DNA from: Cyanothece sp. SIO2G6
GTDB lineage: Bacteria; Cyanobacteriota; Cyanobacteriia; CAKZMO01
Assembly: GCA_010672345.1 (NCBI GenBank)
Contig: JAAHGY010000096.1
Span: 1 to 13,521, forward strand
Direction: 5' to 3'
Length of the DNA: 13,521 bases
Shown: piece after piece, positions 7,203 through 13,521 of the stretch
How positions within the stretch are numbered: position 1 is the stretch's first letter
Layout: every line of letters begins with the position of its first letter
Notes under the pieces: generated by a model
What the model saw: only the letters and a program-made list of their open reading frames with translations
Told to the model about the DNA's origin: nothing
Database searches by the model: none
Program-made: the position numbers and the translations under genes

Positions 7203-7342
7203 AGCGGATAACACCCAGTTTTCAAAATTCATAAAACAACTTTAACGGTTTAACTCTGGCATCAGTTCGCAAAGGTAGACGACTGCTAAAATTGCTGAAC
7301 CCAATACGGTCAGCTTGTTCCGGTGCAAATTCTCACAGGTGC

Positions 7343-7501
7343 TTATCTAGCCAGGGTATTGTTTCTCTGTCTGGTGATAGTGCTGGAATACTGAGTTGCC
7401 AATCGAGCAATGTCAGTTGCGCTGTCGAGAGCGAGTAAATCGCCAAACATGAGGGTTGTCTTTTCGGGAGGGGCGATCGCCACAAGCCGACCTCTGACCA
7501 T
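7343..7501 (-). pseudogene. 52-codon ORF, possibly the displaced 3' tail of the upstream ABC ATPase gene
   Basis: My own translation gives MVRGRLVAIAPPEKTTLMFGDLLALDSATDIARLATQYSSTITRQRNNTLAR. It is too short for the ORF track. It contains an in-frame HIP1 read as A-I-A, typical of native cyanobacterial coding sequence. It is preceded by tgc tga aat gcg, which repeats the end of the ATPase gene at 8341..8346. Confidence 0.25.
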
Positions 7502-7542
7502 CGCATTTCAGCATCCAGACCCAAATTGTAAGAGTTAAGACT

Positions 7543-7857
7543 TCATCTGACACTAGCAATGACTTGTCCAATCTCCTCAGTTGAGGCTCCTGTCGCTAAA
7601 ATTGCTCGGATTAGCAACTCGATGGATACAGAAGCATCACCATTTTCAGCATTCGCAACACGCGGTTGACTAGACTGTATTTTTTCAGCTAAGTCCGATT
7701 GTGTCATTAGTGACTGTCTTCGCTCTTTGAGACTGCGGCTCAGTGCCAGCTTTATTTCGACAAGAATTGCCTCTTCTGGACTTAGCTCTAGAAAATCTGA
7801 AACCGTACCGACTTTCCAGCCTTTATCTTCCAGTTTTTTGCTAGTTTTTTGATCCAT
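7543..7857 (-). CDS. XRE-family helix-turn-helix antitoxin (HigA-like)
   Basis: 104 aa. The HTH core is RRQSLMTQSDLAEKIQSSQPRVANAENG. It lies 4 nt downstream of a RelE/HigB-like toxin gene in toxin-first order. Confidence 0.8.
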   Translation of the reverse strand: MDQKTSKKLEDKGWKVGTVSDFLELSPEEAILVEIKLALSRSLKERRQSLMTQSDLAEKIQSSQPRVANAENGDASVSIELLIRAILATGASTEEIGQVIASVR

Positions 7858-7861
7858 CCTG

Positions 7862-8203
7862 TTAACCTTGCTTATCTTGCTCGTACTTGCTTAATCGCTT
7901 CTTACAAATATCAATAATGCTCTGGGGTGTTGTCTGAGTCTTTTTGCTAAAGACTTGCAAAATCAAGATGGCATCGTTGTCAATGCGATATACGATTCGC
8001 CAATTTTGCTCTGCATCCCTGATTCGCAGTTCATGACAGCCTACTCCTATACTTGGCATGGGCCTTGACTGAGGCAGACCTAAACATTCACCCTGTTGCA
8101 GTCGCCTTAATAGAAACCCTGCCTCAAGTCTGGACACTTGACTAAAAGGAGGGGTTTTAACCTCACCATGAAGCCAAACTAGAGGTTTATCATTTTTACT
8201 CAT
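7862..8203 (-). CDS. RelE/ParE-superfamily toxin, HigB / phage Gp49-like
   Basis: From the internal Met: MSKNDKPLVWLHGEVKTPPFS...GVGCHELRIRDAEQNWRIVYRIDNDAILILQVFSKKTQTTP, the typical Gp49/HigB-like pattern. I use the ATG at 8203 (113 aa) rather than the track's start at 8326. The extra 41 codons cover the probable promoter and have no toxin-family similarity. Confidence 0.75.
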   Translation of the reverse strand: MSKNDKPLVWLHGEVKTPPFSQVSRLEAGFLLRRLQQGECLGLPQSRPMPSIGVGCHELRIRDAEQNWRIVYRIDNDAILILQVFSKKTQTTPQSIIDICKKRLSKYEQDKQG

Positions 8204-8206
8204 GTC

Positions 8207-8224
8207 TATATCATATCTGATATA
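8207..8224. promoter_or_regulatory. Inverted repeat TATATCA-n4-TGATATA immediately upstream of the toxin start; candidate toxin-antitoxin operator
   Basis: The 7-bp arms are at 8207..8213 and 8218..8224, read directly. The repeat overlaps a TATGAT -10-like hexamer on the minus strand. A TTGACG (plus strand 8284..8289) followed 17 nt later by TCGAAT is another promoter candidate. Confidence 0.3.
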
Positions 8225-8340
8225 TCCTGCTATGCTAGCACCATACAGTAATATCAATGGATTCGATTTTGCTCTAAGCAATTCGTCAACAGGATCAGAT
8301 TGGCACCACCCTTCCGTCCCAAGCATTCAGTCCGATCGCC

Positions 8341-8937
8341 TCAGCAGGGGATCACCTGCCCTTGACACAATTGCCCCAGCAATGATTTGTCGTGGCTGAT
8401 CACCATTAGCCCCATGTTATGGTCACGGGCAAAGTCCAGCACCACCTGCCAGATCAGGGCTTGGGTATTGGCATCTAACATAGCGGTCATTTCATCGGCA
8501 ATCAGATAACGGGTGTTGGGGTTGAGGATACGAGCGATCGCCACTCGCTGTAATTCCCCACCGCTTAATTCATGGGGATAACGGGTCATCCAGCCGGGAT
8601 GAATGCCGAGGGCTTTGAGGTAGTGGGGGCGGGGGACGTATCCTTCTCGCAAAATTTGGTCAATGCGCCAGCGGGGGTTAACCGACAATTCGGGATTTTG
8701 AAAGACGAGCTGAACCGGGCAGTAACCTTGGCTGGGGAGCAACTGGTCATCTAGCGTGATCTGTCCTTGGGTGGGAGTGAGATAGCCTGCTAGCAGTTTA
8801 CCCAGAGTGGTTTTGCCGTGGCCCGATGGAGCCATGAGGCCGATCACTTCTCCCGGTGCAATGGAGAGGGTGCGATCGCGCACTACCCAGGGCAATTTTG
8901 CCCCATAACGAAACCAGAGTCCTTCACCGTTCAGCAT
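8341..8937 (-). CDS. ABC transporter ATP-binding protein (DppF/NikE-like), unusually short at 198 aa
   Basis: Walker A is APSGHGKTT, Q-loop VFQNP, signature LSGGELQRVAIAR, Walker B YLIADEMTAMLD and H-loop ISHD. Only 16 residues follow the H-loop His. The gene overlaps the upstream ATPase gene by 14 nt. Confidence 0.9.
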   Translation of the reverse strand: MLNGEGLWFRYGAKLPWVVRDRTLSIAPGEVIGLMAPSGHGKTTLGKLLAGYLTPTQGQITLDDQLLPSQGYCPVQLVFQNPELSVNPRWRIDQILREGYVPRPHYLKALGIHPGWMTRYPHELSGGELQRVAIARILNPNTRYLIADEMTAMLDANTQALIWQVVLDFARDHNMGLMVISHDKSLLGQLCQGQVIPC

Positions 8938-9853
8938 GGATACACCTCACCCAACCTTGACGAATAAACTGGGATGGGGGACGGGCTTCCCGACATGCCT
9001 CTGTCACCCAGGAACAGCGATCGCCATACAGACATCCCCTGGGCAAGTTCTCCGGACTGGGCTGGTTTCCCGGTACGGGCACAAAGTCGTTTTGGGGGAG
9101 TGATCGCCAGAGCGCCTGGGTGTAGGGATGGCGGAGATTTCCCCCAGCAAAATCCTGGACATCAGCAATTTCAACCGTCGTTCCGGCGTAGAACACTGCC
9201 ACCCGATCGGCGACCTGGAGCGCGGCTTCGATGTCGTGGGTAATCAGAATCACGCCCCGTCCTTCCTGGGCCAGTTCCCGCAGGTGGTTTAGGGTTTCAG
9301 TCACCACATCAGGATGTAGCCCTGGGGTGGGTTCATCCGCAATCAATAGGTGGGCTTGGGTCATCACGGCAGTGGAAACCAACACCCGTCGTGCCATCCC
9401 CCCCGACAGTTGAAATGGGTAGTGGCGCGATGCCGTTGGTGGTAAGTCGTAGCGGGTAAAGGTGCGATCCCGGAGCCTCCGGGCAGCAGGTGCAGAGAGG
9501 CCATTAAGCTGTCCCACTCGCTGGACTTGCCGCCCCACGGTCATCAGTGGGTCGAGGTAGCCGATGGATTGGGGAATGAGGGCGATGTCCTTGCCTCGCA
9601 GTGCCTTGCATCGTTTGGGGGTCAGCCGTTCCCCATGAAACTCCATCGTGCCCGATACCTGGGCATTGTCGGGCAAAATTCCCAGAATGGCATGGGCCAG
9701 CAGGCTCTTGCCGGAGCCACTCGCTCCCACCACGGCCACTACTTCCCCCGGCTGGACCGTTAAATCCAGATCGGTGATCACAGTGAGTTGTTTACGCCGC
9801 AGCCCTTGATCGTATTGAGTAAAGGTGACGCTGAGGTTGGAGATGGTGAGCAT
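8924..9853 (-). CDS. ABC transporter ATP-binding protein (DppD/OppD/NikD-like) with a Cys-rich C-terminal extension
   Basis: 309 aa. Walker A is GASGSGKS, signature LSGGMARRVLVSTA, Walker B LLIADEPTPGLH and H-loop ITHD. The C-terminal region (HPYTQALW...GCLYGDRCSWVTEACRE) is typical of the oligopeptide/dipeptide ATPase C-terminal domain. Confidence 0.92.
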   Translation of the reverse strand: MLTISNLSVTFTQYDQGLRRKQLTVITDLDLTVQPGEVVAVVGASGSGKSLLAHAILGILPDNAQVSGTMEFHGERLTPKRCKALRGKDIALIPQSIGYLDPLMTVGRQVQRVGQLNGLSAPAARRLRDRTFTRYDLPPTASRHYPFQLSGGMARRVLVSTAVMTQAHLLIADEPTPGLHPDVVTETLNHLRELAQEGRGVILITHDIEAALQVADRVAVFYAGTTVEIADVQDFAGGNLRHPYTQALWRSLPQNDFVPVPGNQPSPENLPRGCLYGDRCSWVTEACREARPPSQFIRQGWVRCIHAER

Positions 9854-9860
9854 TTTGGAA

Positions 9861-9898
9861 AAGGCAGAAGGCAGAAGGCAGAAGGCAGAAGGCAGAAG
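9861..9898. repeat. Heptanucleotide tandem repeat (AAGGCAG x5.4; TTCTGCC on the coding strand), STRR-like
   Basis: Five exact copies at 9861..9895 plus a partial copy. The repeat ends 8 nt from the ATPase start codon (9851..9853, minus strand). Confidence 0.9.
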
Positions 9899-9948
9899 TA
9901 GGGGCAGCGCCCCCGTGCTTGCCCCTTGCCCTGTTTAAGGAATGGAGG

Positions 9949-9992
9949 TGGGGGCGTTTTGGGTTTTGAGTGGGGGCGTTTTAGGTTTTGAG
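9949..9992. repeat. Tandem 22-bp direct repeat (tgggggcgttttGggttttgag / tgggggcgttttAggttttgag)
   Basis: Copy 1 is 9949..9970 and copy 2 is 9971..9992, 21/22 identical. It lies in the 184-bp gap between the permease and ATPase genes. Confidence 0.9.
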
Positions 9993-10037
9993 TTTATTTC
10001 TTCATTCTTCCGTCCTCGTTCCTCGTTTTTTGTACTG

Positions 10038-10898
10038 TTATCCCTGGCTGGTTTTGGGGTCGAGGAGGGCGCGGACGTTTTCGCCGAGCCAGTCAAAGGC
10101 TTTGACGGAGAGCAGCAGCAGGACTCCTGGCATCACGCCGAGCCACCAGTATCCGGTGGAGAGGTGGCGCATGGATTCGGCTAGGATGATGCCGATGGCG
10201 GGAATGTGGGGTGAGAGGCCAATGCCAATGAAGGACAAGGCGGCTTCGTGCAAGATGGCGTGGGGAAAGAGCAGAATCAGTCCGACTAAGAGTTGGGGGA
10301 TGATGTGGGGCACCATGTGATGGGAGGCAATCCAGAGAGGCGATCGCCCAAAGCGATGGGACAGCTTTACATAGTCGGAGCTGTTGACCTGTAAGGTTTC
10401 GGCCCGGATCACCCGTGCTAGGCTGGTCCAGTGGGTAAAGGCCACGGCGATGATGACCCCGGTGGTGCCGCCTCCGACGGCAAAGGCGATCAAAATGAGC
10501 AGGACGAGGTGGGGCAAGCTAAAAAAGACATCGATAATCCAGGTGATGACGGCATCAACCCAACCTCCCAAGGTGCCAGCTGCTAATCCCAGGCCAGTGC
10601 CAATCAGAGCGCTCATGGTGGCGGCCAGCAGACCAATGCGTAAACTGAGGGACATGCCGTGGAGAGAACGGCTGAGCATATCTCTCCCGATCCAGTCGGT
10701 GCCGAAGGCATGGGCCAAGGAGGGCGGCTGATTGCGCTGGGGCAGTACCGGACTCAGTCCTGCATCACCCATGACCCAAGGGCTGAGAATGATCACCAGC
10801 AAAAACAGCACACAAAGGGTAATGCCCCAGAAAGTCCGCTGCCGTCGATTACTGTGGAGTCGTTGGATAGGGAGAGCCACAAATACAGGGGTGGTCAT
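10038..10898 (-). CDS. ABC transporter permease (DppC/OppC/NikC-like)
   Basis: 286 aa with multiple hydrophobic spans. The C-terminal end ...FDWLGENVRALLDPKTSQG is typical of the family. There is a 4-nt ATGA overlap with the upstream permease gene. Confidence 0.9.
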   Translation of the reverse strand: MTTPVFVALPIQRLHSNRRQRTFWGITLCVLFLLVIILSPWVMGDAGLSPVLPQRNQPPSLAHAFGTDWIGRDMLSRSLHGMSLSLRIGLLAATMSALIGTGLGLAAGTLGGWVDAVITWIIDVFFSLPHLVLLILIAFAVGGGTTGVIIAVAFTHWTSLARVIRAETLQVNSSDYVKLSHRFGRSPLWIASHHMVPHIIPQLLVGLILLFPHAILHEAALSFIGIGLSPHIPAIGIILAESMRHLSTGYWWLGVMPGVLLLLSVKAFDWLGENVRALLDPKTSQG

Positions 10899-11881
10899 GA
10901 TTGACTGCCTCCAATGCGAATGCGGGGGTCAACAATGGGATAGGCCAGATCCGCCAAGGTGTTGCCGCTGTAAACAAAGAGGGCACTGAAAAACACAATC
11001 CCCACCAGCAGCGGAATATCACTTCTTAGCGCTGCCTGCACCGTGGCCTCGCCCAAACCGGGATAGGCAAACACCTGCTCCACCAATACAGAACCGCCAA
11101 ACAACTCGCTTAGGGAGGCAAATTGCAGGGTGAGGGCGGGCAAAATCAAGTTGCGAAAACCGTGATACCGGATCACCCCCCAGAGGCTTTCGCCTTGGGC
11201 ATGAGCAAACAGGATATAGTCGCTGTGCAGTACGTCAATCAGCTTTTGGCGGGTGTGCAGGGTGATGTTGGCGATGCCGATGATGCTGAGGGTGATGGAG
11301 GGCAGCAGCAGGTGGTGGAGATGCTGCCAGATCGTGACATCTGCTGCCAGCACGCCGGGAGGGGCAGCACAGCAAATAGGCGTGACCTTTAGCGACACGG
11401 AAAAGGTAATCAACAGCAACAGGGCCACCCAAAAGGTGGGAGATGAGGCCAGGGTGTAAGCATAGAGCCGAATGATCCGGTCGGTCCATGACCCTGCTAA
11501 TGCACCCGCCAGAATGCCGAGTCCCAGTCCGAGAATGCCGGAAAGTAACCAGGCGATCGCCAGCATTTGTAGCGAGACCCAAAACCGAGTGGCAATCACC
11601 TCCCCCACGGGTTGGTTGTACACCATTGATGTGCCCAAATTACCCTGGAGCAGTTGCCCCAGCCAATCCCCAAATCGCAGGATCAGCGGCTGATCCAGAC
11701 CCCAGCGTTCAGCAATCAGTTGCCGCTGTTCTGGGCTAATCTGCAACATGTCCGCCCCAATGTAAGCCCGCACGGGGTCAATGGGAGAAAAACTCAGCAG
11801 CACAAAGGTGAAGATCGCCACCGCCAGCAGTAACAGTCCCAGCCGCAGCAGTTTTTGAATAGTAAAAGTGAGGATGGACAT
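10895..11881 (-). CDS. ABC transporter permease (DppB/OppB/NikB-like)
   Basis: 328 aa. The N-terminus is MSILTFTIQKLLRLGLLLLAV... and the C-terminus is ...GNTLADLAYPIVDPRIRIGG, a DppB-type signature. There is a 1-nt TAATG overlap with the substrate-binding protein gene. Confidence 0.9.
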   Translation of the reverse strand: MSILTFTIQKLLRLGLLLLAVAIFTFVLLSFSPIDPVRAYIGADMLQISPEQRQLIAERWGLDQPLILRFGDWLGQLLQGNLGTSMVYNQPVGEVIATRFWVSLQMLAIAWLLSGILGLGLGILAGALAGSWTDRIIRLYAYTLASSPTFWVALLLLITFSVSLKVTPICCAAPPGVLAADVTIWQHLHHLLLPSITLSIIGIANITLHTRQKLIDVLHSDYILFAHAQGESLWGVIRYHGFRNLILPALTLQFASLSELFGGSVLVEQVFAYPGLGEATVQAALRSDIPLLVGIVFFSALFVYSGNTLADLAYPIVDPRIRIGGSQS

Positions 11882-13521
11882 TAGTTACAGGTCCACTCCC
11901 ATGCCGCAATGTTGGCGGTAATCGGCCAGCCATGCCCGTGAGGTTCCACTTGGGGCTGACCAATCTCCAGACAGTCGCTGACAAAGTAGGTGTGATCCAG
12001 GTTTACCAACCAGGCCCAGGCCGCATCCCCTTTGGCAGTAAAGCCCGTTTCCCCATCCCATTGGGCTGCTTGCCAAAAGGCGATCGCCTCTGCCTCAGAA
12101 GGGGCACCCATTGCCAAATCCAGGGTGTTATCAATGGCTTGATTGGCGTAATAGCCTGCGTTGTAGAAATCTCCCTGGGCCGCTTGGCTGTGGTAGAGGT
12201 TGTACATCTCCGTTTGGTCATGACTACCCCAGCCGAATAGAACGACATTGCTGTGCATGGCGGGTTCAATTTCATCCCAGCTCTTGCCCTCCACATTGGC
12301 CTGAATACCAATGGGTTGCAGCATTTCCGCCACCGATAAGGCCAGGGCTTGGCGAGTGCTATCGTTGGCGGGATAGAGGAGGGTAAATTCAGCCATGAGA
12401 CCGTCTTTTTCTAACACACCATCGCCATCGCTATCGGTCCACCCTCCCGCTGAAAGAATCTCCTGGGCTGCTTCGGGTTGGGCATCCTCAATCGCTGCCC
12501 TGGGTTCCTCCCAGGCCAGTCCACTAACGGGACCGTAGGCCACCGATCCATAGCCTTCCAGCACCCCTTCAACCAGAGCTTGACGATCAATGGCATAGTT
12601 CACGGCTTGGCGAATGGCCGGATCTGCCGTCACATCATCGCCAATGGGGTCGCCATCAGGGGTCGTTGCCCCTGCTGAAGCTGGAACATAGGGAAACATC
12701 AATCCTCGGTTATCGACGCTATCCACGTCGTAGAGGGTCATCCCCTCAACGGTTTGTACTGCGAGGGATTGAGGTACACTTGCTACCTGAGCTTCGCCAG
12801 CTTTGGCTGCTGCAAAGGCGGCATCTTCCTCCACAAACAGGAACACGAGGCGTTCAATCCCAGGCGCATCGCCATAGTAATTGGGATTGGCTTCTACAAT
12901 GAGTTGCTGCCCTTCATCCCACTGCACCAGTTGATAGGGACCAGAGCCGATGGGATTACGGGCATAGGCGGGACCGTGGACATGTTCTGGCACAATCCCC
13001 AACGTAATCAGGCGATTGACAAAGGTGCTTTGGGGTTGATTCAAGCGGAGTTCGACGGTGGTGTTATCGATGGCGATCGCCTCCTCCAGCACCGTCACAT
13101 CGGTCAGCCCTCCACTTTCTCCGGCCTGGTTGAAGGTGTAGGCCACATCCGCAGCGGTCAGGGGTTCGCCATCGGAAAAGACCGCATCCTCCCGAATCGT
13201 CACCGTCCAAGTTAGACCGTCGTCACTGACGCTGTAGTCCGTTGCCAAATCACTGACGATATTGAGGTCTGCGTCTCGCCTCAGCAGCGTGCTTTGGAAC
13301 AGGGGTGAACCATAGCGTCCCCAACCCAACGTCGGGTCGTACCCCTCTTCACTCTCGCCCCCGATCGCCAGTACGATTTGCTCCGCTGAACCCGACCGAG
13401 GCGAGGCAGTAGATTCTGATACATCGGTAGACTCTGTTGGACCGGAATCACAACTGACTAACATCATCCCGCACAGAACAATGCCTAAGCTCCCCAGAAA
13501 TGACTGGTTTTTACGACTCAT
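11881..13521 (-). CDS. ABC transporter substrate-binding lipoprotein, family 5 (peptide/nickel; DppA/OppA/NikA-like)
   Basis: 546 aa. The signal peptide has a lipobox (MSRKNQSFLGSLGIVLCGMMLVS-C24). The body is typical of SBP family 5 (...LVQWDEGQQLIVEANPNYYG...). The ATG is the last three bases of the window, so an upstream extension cannot be excluded. The signal-peptide geometry supports this Met. Confidence 0.9.
   Translation of the reverse strand: MSRKNQSFLGSLGIVLCGMMLVSCDSGPTESTDVSESTASPRSGSAEQIVLAIGGESEEGYDPTLGWGRYGSPLFQSTLLRRDADLNIVSDLATDYSVSDDGLTWTVTIREDAVFSDGEPLTAADVAYTFNQAGESGGLTDVTVLEEAIAIDNTTVELRLNQPQSTFVNRLITLGIVPEHVHGPAYARNPIGSGPYQLVQWDEGQQLIVEANPNYYGDAPGIERLVFLFVEEDAAFAAAKAGEAQVASVPQSLAVQTVEGMTLYDVDSVDNRGLMFPYVPASAGATTPDGDPIGDDVTADPAIRQAVNYAIDRQALVEGVLEGYGSVAYGPVSGLAWEEPRAAIEDAQPEAAQEILSAGGWTDSDGDGVLEKDGLMAEFTLLYPANDSTRQALALSVAEMLQPIGIQANVEGKSWDEIEPAMHSNVVLFGWGSHDQTEMYNLYHSQAAQGDFYNAGYYANQAIDNTLDLAMGAPSEAEAIAFWQAAQWDGETGFTAKGDAAWAWLVNLDHTYFVSDCLEIGQPQVEPHGHGWPITANIAAWEWTCN

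Noticed and set aside
7333-7524. 63-aa minus-strand ORF from the track (MGLDAEMRWSEVGLWRSPLPKRQ...)
   Set aside because: It has no Shine-Dalgarno and a Trp/Ser/Leu-rich product. A different frame of the same DNA (7343..7501) reads HIP1 as A-I-A and continues the ATPase frame, which I find more plausible, though still weak.
8204-8326. 41-codon N-terminal extension of the toxin ORF
   Set aside because: The HigB/Gp49-like similarity begins at the internal Met (8203). The extension covers the palindrome and promoter-like hexamers.
3744-8340. Mobile-element hallmarks (integrase, transposase, tRNA attachment site, long terminal inverted repeats) for the accessory region
   Set aside because: I could find none. 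Only the short imperfect direct repeats around the toxin-antitoxin pair are present, so I do not call a mobile element.
9861-9992. Possible CRISPR array
   Set aside because: The repeat units are 7 bp and 22 bp in direct tandem with no spacers, and no cas genes are present. This is an STRR-like microsatellite, not CRISPR.
9942-12902. Numerous plus-strand ORFs antisense to the ABC transporter genes (for example 9988..10320, 10384..10731, 11123..11392, 12754..13215)
   Set aside because: They are antisense shadows of confidently assigned, motif-bearing transporter genes in G+C-rich DNA.
1-13521. Absence of GCGCGC (the BssHII site) from the whole window, as a clue to the specificity of the permuted methyltransferase
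   Set aside because: I found no GCGCGC by eye, where base composition predicts a few. One window and 64 possible palindromic hexamers make this too weak to call. The permutation shared with M.BssHII does not by itself imply shared specificity. It is worth a genome-wide count only.

Overview
This is a cyanobacterial chromosomal segment. The octamer GCGATCGC (HIP1) occurs 19 times in 13.5 kb, far above chance. Housekeeping and core genes: cysS (1196..2656, +), a WD40-repeat protein (2670..3743, +), and a complete five-gene peptide/nickel-type ABC importer on the minus strand (substrate-binding lipoprotein, two permeases, two ATPases; 8341..13521). Between them lies an accessory stretch of about 4.6 kb (3744..8340). 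Its most interesting content is an overlapping two-gene cassette on the minus strand. The upstream gene encodes a 411-aa protein I cannot assign to any family, but it carries a textbook PD...ExK nuclease signature and a CxxH...CxxC cluster (5870..7105). The downstream gene encodes a cytosine-5 DNA methyltransferase whose conserved motifs are circularly permuted, IX-X before I-VIII (4738..5904). The cassette sits in a 3.2-kb block that is HIP1-free and visibly lower in G+C, consistent with horizontal acquisition. I read it as a candidate new restriction-modification or methylation-linked defence system. Next to it is a HigB/HigA-like toxin-antitoxin pair (7543..8203, -) bracketed by imperfect ~15-bp direct repeats. 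This pair appears to have inserted at the 3' end of the last ABC ATPase gene. The left window edge carries the C-terminal specificity region of a different (m6A / type IIG-like) methyltransferase, so more defence genes may lie beyond the window. Other items are a CobW C-terminal-domain remnant next to cysS, an STRR-like heptamer/22-mer repeat cluster inside the ABC operon, small tandem repeats, and a 62-aa orphan ORF. I saw no rRNA, tRNA, CRISPR array, transposase or integrase. All functional calls come from motif recognition by eye. No database search was possible.
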